Below are positions 1-10,964 of a stretch of DNA of 64,000 nt, piece by piece. The number at the start of each line of letters is the position of its first letter. Position 1 is the first letter of the stretch. The DNA comes from Amoebophrya sp. A120. Taxonomy: Eukaryota; Protista; Dinoflagellata. The stretch lies in the NCBI GenBank assembly GCA_905178155.1, contig CAJINV010000001.1:3277675-3341674 (forward strand), written 5' to 3'. Both the position numbers and the translations under genes were made by a program. The notes beneath the pieces were generated by a model. That model had not been told where the DNA came from and searched no databases. It was given only the letters and a program-made list of their open reading frames with translations.

Positions 1-606
1 AGTGCCTGGACGAGCGGTTTTTGAAGATGCCGTGTGGGGGACCACAGTGGTGCCGGATCTTGACGAAGACGCGGAGGCAGACGAAACGGTCTGCGGATGC
101 CTCTCACTGTATCCAGCTTGGCGGAGAGTAGGATTCTCCTCCGCACCATTCGCGCCAACGTTTTGGTGATCCCTGGTGTAGTTCTTCGGTTGTTTGCCAC
201 TAGACCCCAGCGTGGGCGTCGCTGGAGAAGCCATGCTGGTGTCCCGGCACGAAGGCTGGCTCTTGTTGCCCTGATCTGCTGTCATGTTTGACGAATGGTC
301 CAGGTTGTTCATCCGGCTTTGTACTGGCAGCCCAGCTGGTATGGAAAAAGAGGATGTTGCTTCTTGTCCGAGAGTAGCTTGTCCACACTCGTCGCCGCCG
401 AGAGTCGCAGTTGTCGCTGAGGCACTGCCCGAGGCGTCCGCAATAACCGGATGCGAATTTTTGCTGAAATTATCGTGCTCCTGTTCCTGCGGCCGCACTT
501 CGCTCGTTGAATGTCCGTCTCTTGTCGTATGCTCCTGCTTTCGTTCTTTCGAGTTCGCGCGCCACTTTTTCCACGAGGAGTCGTCTGACAGAACGTCAGT
601 CCACAT
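1..606 (-). CDS. 5' part of a hypothetical low-complexity protein, running off the left edge
   Basis: ATG at 606 (MWTDVLSDDSSWKKWRANSKE...) has an in-frame stop just upstream. The frame stays open to position 1. It is absent from the ORF track because no stop lies in the window. Confidence 0.7.
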   Translation of the reverse strand, partial: MWTDVLSDDSSWKKWRANSKERKQEHTTRDGHSTSEVRPQEQEHDNFSKNSHPVIADASGSASATTATLGGDECGQATLGQEATSSFSIPAGLPVQSRMNNLDHSSNMTADQGNKSQPSCRDTSMASPATPTLGSSGKQPKNYTRDHQNVGANGAEENPTLRQAGYSERHPQTVSSASASSSRSGTTVVPHTASSKTARPGT

Positions 607-1327
607 GGCTCATGAATCTAGCGGTAGTAGAAAAACGCTGATGTGTAAGACTTTGCATAAGTTTTGCAAAAACACTGTGGTCTACTACTAACTCCATTTT
701 CAACAGTAGTACTTGGACGAATAAACTGCGAAACCAAGTCACTGCGTTGAGTGCGTCTCTTCCTTAGTCGGACAAGCGAAAAAAATGATGTTTACTGAGA
801 CTGACTATCTAAATCCAAAAAAAAAACAGCCGCCATGATGAACGCAGAATTGGATGACTGCTTGCAAATACCGCCAAATGTGAACCTTTCTCAGAGATGA
901 AGAGGAAGATCTTCAATTTCGCATTAAAACTCTCAAAAAGGAAAAGCGCTAGAGTGATCTGACGGGTAAAATTATACGAGCATTTCACATTTGTATCGGT
1001 AGGCTTCTTCGATTTTGCGTGTAAGCGCTCGCGATTGAACTATGAACTTCATGTACGATCGCAGAAACTTTTCAGAACCAGGATAAAGGTTGAATTCCAA
1101 AGGAGCGCCGAATTTATCGAGCACTGTGAAGATTTGTACTTACTTCACGAAGAAGGCAGTCCGAGTGTACTAGTCTGTGGCCGTGCTTCATGTTCGAGTC
1201 GAAAAGAAGAACGAACTGTTGTTCATCCAGGTGGAAAATAAACATCGTGTGGCAGCAGTGCCTCTGTAGAGAAGAGTCTCATGTCATCTCGTCCTCACTT
1301 CCTCCTACCCGGCGCATCAATGGCTTC

Positions 1328-4300
1328 TCAATAGTTCTGCGCAAATTTGATGGGCAGGGCGGCCGCGGAGTTCTGCTGGCGCGGGCAGAAGGGGCACTTG
1401 AAGGAGGCGCGCGCGTTTCTGCTCAGACGGTCCACGCACTCCCTGGACAGGACGTGGCCGCACGCGAGGAGGTAGGGAGTTCTGGTCAGCGAACGGTTGA
1501 CCGCTATCCAAGAAAAAAACTGTGTTAGTGTAAGTATCATTGGCTGACAGCATCACAAATTTGCTCTACATGACAGAGAAAACCTGTCATGCGTGGCTTG
1601 TAAGGGAAAACACACATGAAAAGAGAACTTCGTGGCTGTCTGGCATGACAGGTGTAAATCTGTTGCGTGTTCTGCATTACAGATTTACACTTACACAGTT
1701 TTTCTCTTGCATAACCGGACAAACGAAGTTGCTGGCGTAGGCGAATTCCGGAGGCGAATCCAGGGTGACCGGCAGCGTGTCGCCGACAACGGCCGTGGTC
1801 AGCGACCAGTTGCCCGTGGAGAGACCCTTGTCCTGGTCCACGCACCACTGGTGGTACTCCAGAATCTTCGGCAGGGCCTGCTGGCCCGCGTCCAGAATGA
1901 CCGACAGCAGCGATTTCTGCGACATCTGCTGCATCCGCAGATGGGGTCTGCTCACCAGCATCAGGTAGTGACTGCTCGGGTTCTATAGCAGTGCACAACT
2001 CCCCCTCCCCCTCGTTTGTCATGCAAAACCCCGAATCTAGTCGCTGTCATGTGGCACTGTTTGCATGACAAGTTCTGGCAGCCCAAATAGCACTACTCTC
2101 CAGTGTAAATAATCTGTCATGCAAAACCGGCACTCTGGCTGACGCTTGTATTGCCGTTCATGCTATACAAATGAGGCGGAGGGGGAGTTGTGCACTTTCA
2201 TAGGTTCAACAACGCGTCTTCCTCCGGTGGCTCATAAAAGGCTTGTTGTTCCTGTGTCAGAACTGATGTTGCGTCCGCTTTCGGATGGTGCGCTGCTTTA
2301 TTCAGCGGGCCCTTCCCTTTGGAATAATTCATCTCCGCTGCGGCATGGTCAGAAGCAATTTTACGTCTTGCTCCGGGGCCTCTGTGCCATGATTGCATCG
2401 TCCGGGAGGTGGGCCGCAGTTCCCTTCGGTGCTTCAGCGAAACGGTGGTGAAAACTTCTGACAAATCTTCTCCTCCTGCTCTCCCGAACGATTTGTCACC
2501 ACCCGGACTCGTGGGATCGTCCAGAGTGGAACCGGCGTAGGCTGCGGACAGGGGATTGTACCGCGGAAAAAGCTGCGCGTTCCGATTCAGATTCGCCCCG
2601 AAGCTTTGGAAAATCCCGCGCGGGCGCGCCGCTCTGGCCGCATTGTCTTTTTTTTCGTAGTGGGCCTCCCGGACGAGGTACGAAATCGCTTCCGCCTGCG
2701 CGTGCATCACCTCGGCGGATTTGCGCGCAGCGCTCGCGTCGCGGGAATCTACCATCTCGACGTCCTGCGATTGGTGGATTTCAATTTTACTTTCTTTGCT
2801 CTGATGTTTTATATTTTCATTGCAGTAGCCCTAGAAAACTACTGTAGGAGTTCAAGTCAATAACTATGTGTATGTCTTCAAAGAATCATACATAAAGTGC
2901 AGCTGCAGAGAAGATGAGGATGACCTCCACGACTGCATGAAAAGTATAGTGGCACCTCCTTGTTCCCCTCCACGGACTCAACAGACTCGCTTCGCCTTCG
3001 CCGCGTCGCTGACCGACTTCTCCGTCGATTTCTCCGCGGACGTACTCCCCTAGACGGCGCACTGGATACCGAGGAGACCGATCCGGAGCGGTTCCGACGC
3101 GGACTGCGGAGCGGGGAATGGTCTCGCTCAAGCCCAGCGTCCGCCCGCGCCCAGAGGTAGTAGGATGCCAGTTGCACGTCGGGAACAAGACCTTGCTGGG
3201 GGAAAAACTCTGTGTTGGACAAATAGGATGTTGCGGTGTCTTCTTGCATGACCCCCTCGTGCGGAGACCGCTCCGCCGAACTGTCAACTACGCTGAAGCT
3301 CGAGTTACTATCGTCGTCGGCTGGCTCATCATACTCGTCATAATCTAGCGCAAGGCCCGAGGTCGTTCTATGTTGCGAAGACGGCGGCGCTGCCCAGTAA
3401 TGAGCCAAGCACGCACGCCCACCGGGCCCCCAGTATGGCGGCTCGACGCTAGGCGGCGCAACTCCGCTCAGGTTCAGATTTCGTGTGAAAAACGCATCTT
3501 CCTCTTCGTCCTGCAGATACGCTGGCAAGGCTCTGGCGTGAAGATTCATGGAGGCGGAATTGTACGGACGCCGGAGCTGATGACGTGCTGGTCCCAAGCC
3601 CGGCGGACTGTAGTTTTCCTCTAGTACTTCTGAACCGGTGGCCGCACCATTGGCACAACCCTGCTCCAGCGGTTCATCTTCCGTCAAAATCCTTTCGACC
3701 GCAGCGACATGTCTGGCATAGTCGATGTCGATCCATTCCGGGTTCACTTCGCAGCGAGAAGAAAGGGCTTCCTCTGCGACATTCTTGTCGTCCGCTGCCC
3801 GTTGGTCTGTGCTCGATGTGCTATCGGTGTCATCGTCGTCGTCTTCGTCTCTGACGTTCAACACGTCGTAGTAGTCGTCGCTGGCTGGCACGAGTAGCGG
3901 AAAGGGGGTTATGTCCGGAAACATAGGTCTGGTCGGTGGCAGGAGCGACCTCGGTTCCACCTGCGACGGCCACGCGTGGTGCTGGTGGTCGACAGCATCT
4001 TCGTCCGTGCTGCGCCTACGCTTTAAACTCGGTGGCCACATCTCTCCCTGGGCGGGTTGATGCCCCTGACGACTGTTGTAGCCGTGGCCACCTCCGGGAG
4101 AGCGTGCGGAGCCCGTTCCGTTGTCTGCTCCACCGGAAGCGGAGGCGAGGAAAGAAGATGAACTCTTCTGGAGGTCACGACCATTGCGATTTTTGTGTCT
4201 TCCTAGTTGCGCCGCTGTGTTTCCGGTGCCTGGCTGCGCCGTGCGCTTGAAGGTGTTGTCGGGTGAAATTTTGATACCCGATTTCACCAAAACGTCATAA

Positions 4301-5850
4301 TGAAGCTCCACCATCTCATCATAGTTCACAAGCTGCTCTTGGGACAAAGCCGGCACTTCGGTGGTCAGGAAAAAAACCTTTCTCAGCAAATTCCTCAGCA
4401 CAGTGAGGCGCTTTTGAAGTGTTCTCTTCAACAGTACCTCCCCATTCGCTTGCAGCGTCGAAAGCGTCAGCAACCGCCCCACCTCCTGTCCGCGGCATTT
4501 CAGGAAGGGCGCGAAGCTTTTCTGCGCGAACTGAAACGCCTCGAGCCTCTGTGTGCTGAGAGACGCAGTAGAGGTTGAAGAGCCCGTGTTTGATGTTCTT
4601 GCAAAGCAAGACAACAGCATCTGCATGTACTTGCAGACTAACAGCTCGAACTCGAAACAGGACAGCAGATGCCCCTCGTGCGCTACGCTGGCCCAGCAGT
4701 TTTCGCTCCAGACCACTTCGCCCAAAATGTTCAGGCTTGTCTGAAACTGGTGCTTCACGTGGGCCAGATACCGGAACAATGGATCCAGCTTCTTCGAACC
4801 GAATAAATGCTCCTGTCGCTCGTCATTTTTGCCTGTCGCGGCCGAGGATGATGAATCCAAAACATCAGGATGGAGGTCGCAGCACTTGCACAGCTCCTTC
4901 AGCGTCTTCAGTGCGAAGGCCCAGGACGCGGAAATCACGTCGCCCACGCTGCTGCAGCGCACGGCGTCGCCACCCTCGTCCTCCTCAACCGCGAAGACCG
5001 CATTGCCGTAGCCCGCAAAAAAACCGCCTCCCGGTCCGGATTCGTGCGCTTGAAAAAACCGCTGGAAAGACGAGGGGTTGGTGAACAGAAAATGAAATTC
5101 ATCGATTTGATCTGCCGGTTTTTGTCGTGTAGTGGAATCTTCGTTCCAGACCTCTTCCTCGTCGTAATCTTCGTCATAATTTCCGTAAATGTCATTCCTA
5201 TAATTCTCCTGTGCCTGCTCTTCTTGTGTTCCATGCTGCCGCTGTCCACCGGCTCCCTCGTAAGTAGTGTCGCCGTTCTTATCCTTTTCTCCCGATTCCT
5301 CCGCACCGAAAGCCAAGCTGTGCCGGTAGTTTTCCCCGTCCTCGGCAAACGAGTCGTGAACCTGGCGCTCCACCTCTTGCCGAAACGTTTCGAACGACTC
5401 AAACAGGCCGCTTTGCAGCAGGTGTTCGCCGAGAAGCGTCGTGATGGCCGGCAACTCCCCGACGGACCGCAGTCTGGACACGCCGGCCTCCTCTGGCCCT
5501 TCGAAGTTCAGGATTGCGGGGTACGGGTGCTCCTTCCCCCCGTAGGGAAACGCAGCATTCACTTTCCGCTGGAGGGCCTGCACCATCTGCAGCCGCTGCT
5601 GGTGCGCGAGAATCGCGCGACTGGCCGGCTTCGTGCGTTTGGTGTGTTCCGCCTGCTGCGCGATCTCGTCTTTGAAGTTTTCGTTTGTCAGCCGCAGGCT
5701 GAGGGCCTGCAACTCTTCGATCAGCAGGTCGATTTGTCCGGTCACCACGTTCCCACGGTCCAGGTAGCCGTCAGCAACAATCTCAACCTGCTTCTCCACG
5801 CCGCCGTTCTGAATGACCACCCGCTTGGCGGCACCAGTCTGCGGATTCAT
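1328..5850 (-). CDS. RMND5: RMND5/Gid2-like GID/CTLH-complex RING E3 ligase (~1297 aa; exons 5850-2956, 2764-2203, 1978-1714, 1499-1328)
   Basis: LisH-like TLLGEHLLQSGLFESFETFRQE, CTLH-like FEFELLVCKYMQML, CRA-like EAFQFAQKSFAPF, SLLSVILDAGQQALPKI, and degenerate RING FVCPV...PYLLACGHVLSRECVDRL...FKCPFCP. One GT-AG intron (2765-2955) and two introners. Exon sum is 3894 nt, in frame. Confidence 0.85.
1505..1713. mobile_element. Introner A (TIR element forming a non-canonical intron in RMND5)
   Basis: ~29-bp TIR: tatccaagaaaaaaactgtgttagtgtaa versus rc tatgcaagagaaaaactgtgtaagtgtaa. Flanking duplication accgc (1500-1504) / accgg (1714-1718). Excision restores CPVNRSLTRTPYLLACGH. Confidence 0.85.
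1984..2202. mobile_element. Introner B (different TIR type) in RMND5
   Basis: TIR tatagcagtgcacaactccccctccccctcgtttgt versus rc tatgaaagtgcacaactccccctccgcctcatttgt. Perfect ggttc duplication (1979-1983, 2203-2207). Excision gives in-frame LLNPSSHYLM. Confidence 0.88.
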
Positions 5851-6448
5851 CCTGTTGCCACTCGGGAGCCCTGGAGATTCACTTTAACTGGAGGAAACGG
5901 AGACCATGGTGTCCGTCGTATCTCAATAAAATGAAAGTGGATGGTTGAAAAAAATTTGCTGTGGAAAGCCGGCGTAGAATTTTACTTCCAAAAGGAAAGA
6001 TCGATAGAAAATCTCATGTTGAAGAACTTGCAGGAGCACAACAACTCACAACATCTGCATCTGACTCCAGACGTATGTTCCGGGAAAGGTAAGACTGTCT
6101 CTCTCTCACAGGAAAAAAAAGTCCTCATTCATAAACTGCACCTGGCCCTGGCGCCGTACTACCGTAGTCCAAAAAATAGAGATCTCATTGCAACAAGCAA
6201 ACGGATCGGTTCTATTCGTGAGATCGTCCATCGCGAGCGACACACACAATATCTGGATCGAGGACCCCGAAAGAAGACCATGAAGAACGTAGGACGAAAA
6301 CACACTATGGACACGCCCTGTCCTGCTTTCTGCGCGTCGTCCCCGTATGTACTTATGTAAAGATCAGGCCACTATCCATATGCTGGCGAGTCATTTCTTC
6401 TCCAGCGTTTTGACTCTGTTTTGTTCCCTGGTATCATGGTTTTCACTT

Positions 6449-8170
6449 TTATTTATCCTCTGCTTCTTGTCTGTTCTCCTCATCTCCGCTTTTGCGCGAG
6501 AGATCATTTTCCTCTGGTTCCGTGAGGCTCTGCAGTAATTTCCCAACCTGCCGGCTTGCGCTCGTCACCTCGCCATGCACAGTGTCTAAAAACGCATGCA
6601 GGCCCTTCCCGAGGTCAGGAAATCCAGCCGCTGCAAATTTATCGACAAACACCTCATCCAGCCAAGATTTCAAGCGCTCTTTTAACTGAACCTCGATCCA
6701 ATGCGGCACAAACGTGCGCCTAACGGAAGGCCGCTCGTCTCGAAAACGGTACAGAGTCGGCTCCGGGTGTAATGGATCAGGTGGCGGAAACCGGGAATTA
6801 GGGTTGGCCTTGAAATTTCGTTCCTTGTACCTCTGACGGATGACACTCTTGCAACCCTCATACACTTTTTCTAAGCGGGAGCGGGAATTCCCGAGACGCT
6901 CGAAAACAAGACGCGCCACCGGTAGCGACGGGTCCTCAGGAGGAAAAACAGGGAACTCGCAGAAGTTTCTTGCCGTCCGATTTGCAAATTGCGCGAAACG
7001 AAACCTGTCCCAGTCAGTGACTTGATCCAGTGCGGGGCCGATGACAAAACGGAGCAGCGCCTCCTTCGCATCGCTGCGGGAGTCTGCAAGCTCGAAGAGA
7101 ATGCCTTCGCAGTACCGCTGCCGCACTTCTGAGAAGCCACTCACTCCGCTGGGCGGTAGCCATCCGTGCTTGATCCACTCTGTGTCACTTAGGCGCAAGA
7201 CTACGGCCAACAACGGCCATGCTCGGCTATGGATTTTGAACTCCGTGCTCGCCTTGCTGTAGACGACATACTGAAACTTTCTCGAGTCGGGCTGATCAGC
7301 ATATTGCGGTGGAAGCAGCGCTTGCACTTCGGCACCCACGTCGGTCCTCCTTGTAGTTCCGGCGTCGTTGTAGTACGTCCGCTCCCGCTGACGCACGAGC
7401 CGCTCCGGCCCATACGTTTCTTTGAATTCGTCCGAGTTCCCGGGGAGCAAAAAATAGCGGTAAAACCTGTCATACAACCAGTTCTCCGCTGCGGCGATAC
7501 TTTTGATCTTCTCGGGTTCCTGTGGCACGCGCCGCGGTAGTACCTCCTGTTCGGACACCGAATACTCGTCGTCGCTGCTTTCCTCGACCTCCATCAGGTT
7601 GCCGGACGGCCCCTCGACTTTGACCATGAAGCGATAGACAGCCTCTCCGTCCGCACTGAACACCAGTTCCTCACTATGTGCAAAAAAAGCGGAAGCATCG
7701 GACGAGGCCGGGAGCTGCGGCGGGTCGCCCTGCTCGCCTCCATCACCATCTTCAAGTGGCGAATGATTTTCATCTGCGCTGTCTCTGTCTTCCTCTGCAG
7801 GCTCGTCTTCGCCTGCCAACCAGAGCAGCCGCGAAGACGGCGGGCAAAGTTCGTCGCTTTCGCTCGTGTAAAAGGTTGGCACAAATAACTGGGCCAGGTC
7901 TGCAACACACTTAACCTTTTCGGTGTCAATACAGAACTTTTTTTCCTCACCGGACAGCCCTTTGCGCAGAATCACGACTTTCTTGTCCACTTTGGAGGCA
8001 CTTGCGGTTGGAACAGCCGGATTCTTGTCGGCCGCTTGAGAGCTGGCAGTAGCGCTTCCGTCTTTTGCTGTCGACTTCTTTGTCTTCAAACAGGCCTCGA
8101 CTGACGGCTCTTCCGATTGCTGCAGCTCCACCTCCTCGCCCGGCGGCAGTTCACTTGTTAGGGAGGCCAT
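6449..8170 (-). CDS. Hypothetical protein, tandem paralog 1, with putative N-terminal ubiquitin-like domain
   Basis: Intronless ORF; likely ATG at 8170 (MASLTSELP). Homologous along its length to 8727-10280. VILRKGLSGEEKKFCID...PPSSRLLW resembles a beta-grasp/Ubl pattern. Confidence 0.8.
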   Translation of the reverse strand: MASLTSELPPGEEVELQQSEEPSVEACLKTKKSTAKDGSATASSQAADKNPAVPTASASKVDKKVVILRKGLSGEEKKFCIDTEKVKCVADLAQLFVPTFYTSESDELCPPSSRLLWLAGEDEPAEEDRDSADENHSPLEDGDGGEQGDPPQLPASSDASAFFAHSEELVFSADGEAVYRFMVKVEGPSGNLMEVEESSDDEYSVSEQEVLPRRVPQEPEKIKSIAAAENWLYDRFYRYFLLPGNSDEFKETYGPERLVRQRERTYYNDAGTTRRTDVGAEVQALLPPQYADQPDSRKFQYVVYSKASTEFKIHSRAWPLLAVVLRLSDTEWIKHGWLPPSGVSGFSEVRQRYCEGILFELADSRSDAKEALLRFVIGPALDQVTDWDRFRFAQFANRTARNFCEFPVFPPEDPSLPVARLVFERLGNSRSRLEKVYEGCKSVIRQRYKERNFKANPNSRFPPPDPLHPEPTLYRFRDERPSVRRTFVPHWIEVQLKERLKSWLDEVFVDKFAAAGFPDLGKGLHAFLDTVHGEVTSASRQVGKLLQSLTEPEENDLSRKSGDEENRQEAEDK

Positions 8171-8726
8171 GGCGTCGTAGGAATGAAACATGAATTTATG
8201 ATGTAAGTACAAGAAACTCAATACAAATTCTCAAGTGTAGGAGAGGAAAAAGACTTCTTGGAGGGTATAGATTGACTTCCCGGATTTCTTCGCAGATAGA
8301 TGATTAGCAGTAGGCCGCATAGAATACTCGTTTTACTTTTACTTTCCGTTTCCCATTCTCCAATTTATGATCTTGGGCTTCGTATTCGCATTTGGCCGAA
8401 AAAGGTATGCCAATGAAAGTCTCACTCTGGCTACTCCGCGGAACAATAGGCATCCTTAGAAACTCAGACCAGGTACACAAGGCGGGCCGCAGTGGAATCA
8501 AAAGCTAGCGGACCATAGAGATCTTCTTACGAAGACAAGTAGAAGCCGATCATCGACTGATACGCGCAATATCGATCCAAGACCACGGAACAATAGCAAA
8601 AGTTATACGGTCACTCGAGGCAACGCAAAACAAAAAAACCTCCAATAAGAGGAGCACCAGCACTATCTAGTGCGCATATGAAACTCGAACAACTTCTAGC
8701 TGCCGTTTTCGCATCGGTGATTCAAA

Positions 8727-10280
8727 TTAATGTGCTTCGTCCTCCAGCCTCTGCAGTTTCTCTTCCCACATGGATCTACTCGAGGGGGTTCCTTCGGGCT
8801 CTGTGAGCTTCTCCTGCAATTGCCTCACCTGCCGGTTTACTGTCTTCACATCGTCATGCACCGTTTCCAGAAACGCACTCAAATCTCGACCAAGGTCGGG
8901 GAATCCAGCCACCGCCAATTTGTCAACAAAAAACCCGACCCAGGTTTTTAGGTGTTGATGTAAGTCTTCTTCCCAAGGCTTGAAACTCCATTTCTTGTAT
9001 TCATGGCGAATAGCACTCTTGCAGCCTGCACAAATTTTTTCTAAGCGGGAGCGAGACTGTCCGACACGCTCCAGTAGCAAGGCGGCCGTGCTCGTGCCCC
9101 GAATCGGAGAAAACAGTACTGGAATGGCCCGCTTTGCAAACTCCGCGAAAGGAAACCCATCCCAGTTAGTCACCTGATCCAGTGCGGGAACAATGACACG
9201 ACGCAGAATGTCCGAATCGCGGTTGTAGTTTGCTAGCTCGAGAATAATTTTTTCGCAGTACTGCTGGCGCTGCTCCTTTCCGGAACTAATTCCCCCAGGT
9301 GGCAGCCACCCGTGCTTAATCCACTCTGTGTCATTTAGACTCAGCACTGCGGCCAACAACCTCCATGCCGGAAGATGCCTTTCGAAGTCACGGGCCAAGA
9401 GTGGGTAAGCGACACACTCGAACTTTCTCTGGTGGGGCCGATTGCTGTACTGCAACGGAAGAAGTGCCTGGACTACAGCTCCAATCGAACGCCTGTCCTG
9501 TTGCATTCCGTCGCAATCCGGATAATACGCACGCGGCGGATCCCGCCCGTATGTTTGTTCGAATTCGTCCGAGTCTTCGCGGAGCAAAAAGTAGCGGTAA
9601 AGCCTGTCATACAACCAATTCTCTGCTGCGGCGATATTTTTGATCTGCTCGGGTTTCTGTGGGACGCGCCGCGGTGGTACCTCCTGTTCGGACACCGAAT
9701 ACTCGTCGTCGCTGCTTTCCTCGACCTCCATCAGGTTGCCGGACGGCCCCTCGACTTTGACCATGAAGCGATAGACAGCCTCTCCGTCCGCATTGAACAC
9801 CAGTTCGTCACTGTGTGCGAAAAAAGCGGAAGCATCGGACGCGGCAGGGAGCTGCGGCGGGTCGCCCTGCTCGCCTCCATCACCATCTTCAAGTGGCGCA
9901 TGATTTTCTGTGCTGTCTCTGTCTTCTGCAGGCTCGTCTTCGCCTGCCAACCAGAGCAGCCGCGACGACGGCGGGCAAAGTTCGTCGGTTTCCTGTGTGT
10001 AAAACTGTGGCACAAACTGGGCCAGGTCCGCGAAACACTTCACTTTCTCAGCGTCAACGCAAAACTTTTTTTCTTCACCAGAGAAAGCCTTGCGCAAAAG
10101 TACTACGAAGCGTTTCTCTATGAAGATCTCGGAGGTGGAACGATTTGCAATTCCAGCAGCCGCTTCCGTTTGCGGGCTGGCGGAAGCGCTTCCGTTCTTC
10201 TTCGAACTGGCTTCGACTGACCGCTCTTCCGATTGCTGCTGCTTCGCCTCGCCCGCCGGCAGTTCGCTGAGGGAGGCCAT
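8727..10280 (-). CDS. Hypothetical protein, tandem paralog 2, with putative N-terminal ubiquitin-like domain
   Basis: Likely ATG at 10280 (MASLSELP). Shares motifs such as AAAENWLYDR.YRYFLL, DTEWIKHGWLPP and AGFPDLG with paralog 1. The upstream non-coding DNA is also similar. Confidence 0.8.
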   Translation of the reverse strand: MASLSELPAGEAKQQQSEERSVEASSKKNGSASASPQTEAAAGIANRSTSEIFIEKRFVVLLRKAFSGEEKKFCVDAEKVKCFADLAQFVPQFYTQETDELCPPSSRLLWLAGEDEPAEDRDSTENHAPLEDGDGGEQGDPPQLPAASDASAFFAHSDELVFNADGEAVYRFMVKVEGPSGNLMEVEESSDDEYSVSEQEVPPRRVPQKPEQIKNIAAAENWLYDRLYRYFLLREDSDEFEQTYGRDPPRAYYPDCDGMQQDRRSIGAVVQALLPLQYSNRPHQRKFECVAYPLLARDFERHLPAWRLLAAVLSLNDTEWIKHGWLPPGGISSGKEQRQQYCEKIILELANYNRDSDILRRVIVPALDQVTNWDGFPFAEFAKRAIPVLFSPIRGTSTAALLLERVGQSRSRLEKICAGCKSAIRHEYKKWSFKPWEEDLHQHLKTWVGFFVDKLAVAGFPDLGRDLSAFLETVHDDVKTVNRQVRQLQEKLTEPEGTPSSRSMWEEKLQRLEDEAH

Positions 10281-10964
10281 GGTGTCGTAGAAATGCAACT
10301 GCGAATGGGAATGATGTACTTACAAGAAATTCCAATGAATTGATTCTCAAACGTCGGAGCGAGAGGAAAACGACGTCTTGCAGGATCAGATTCACTCTCC
10401 AGCAGATAGACGAACAACAATACGACGCATTCAATATTCTACAGACTTTTCCACTTTTGAATTCAGGATCTAGATCTTGATCTTCTTGATCTTGTTCCGC
10501 TCCTTCATGCGAGCCTGACTGTAAATGATGCATCCAGAGCTACCTTGTTTACCTAAGTGTTGCAATATGGCGCTACTTTTTATTCAAGGTCCGGACTTCA
10601 ACATCCTCGAAGCCTGCGGCTAGGTACAAGGCATTCATAAAAGTAGAAGACGCAGATCGAAAGGACGTCAGATCCAGAGCTTGCCCTCTCGCTGATCATC
10701 AAAAACAACTACAGCGCACCTCAGCCTCACACAGAACAACAAAAGAATTATCTTTTTTGTATCGATCCAGCACAGATGCTGCAGCGCAACAAGAAGGAAC
10801 AAACTCCACAGCCGGGCAGAGGCTGCAGCGCAGGAGGGGCCTTTCCTGCTATTTGGCGGCCTATCTTGGTGTGGTTTTTGATCATTTGCATGCGTCCACA
10901 CTCCTCAGCATTTTTATTGAAAAAGCATCACTGTTTCTAGTTCTTCATCCCTAGTATCCGTTCA

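Noticed and set aside
1470-1506. TA target duplication with a compensating frameshift in the RMND5 RING
   Set aside because: The 5-bp duplication model restores the frame with no extra event and matches the other five elements.
1981-1987. Stop-codon reassignment or TAG readthrough at the introner B junction
   Set aside because: The TAG appears only if CTAT is taken as the duplication. Using GAACC gives an open frame, and the multi-kb ORFs have no in-frame stops.
4870-5934. Long plus-strand ORFs antisense to genes (also 35153-36118, 40603-41481, 42081-42890)
   Set aside because: They are shadow frames of GC3-rich minus-strand coding sequence.
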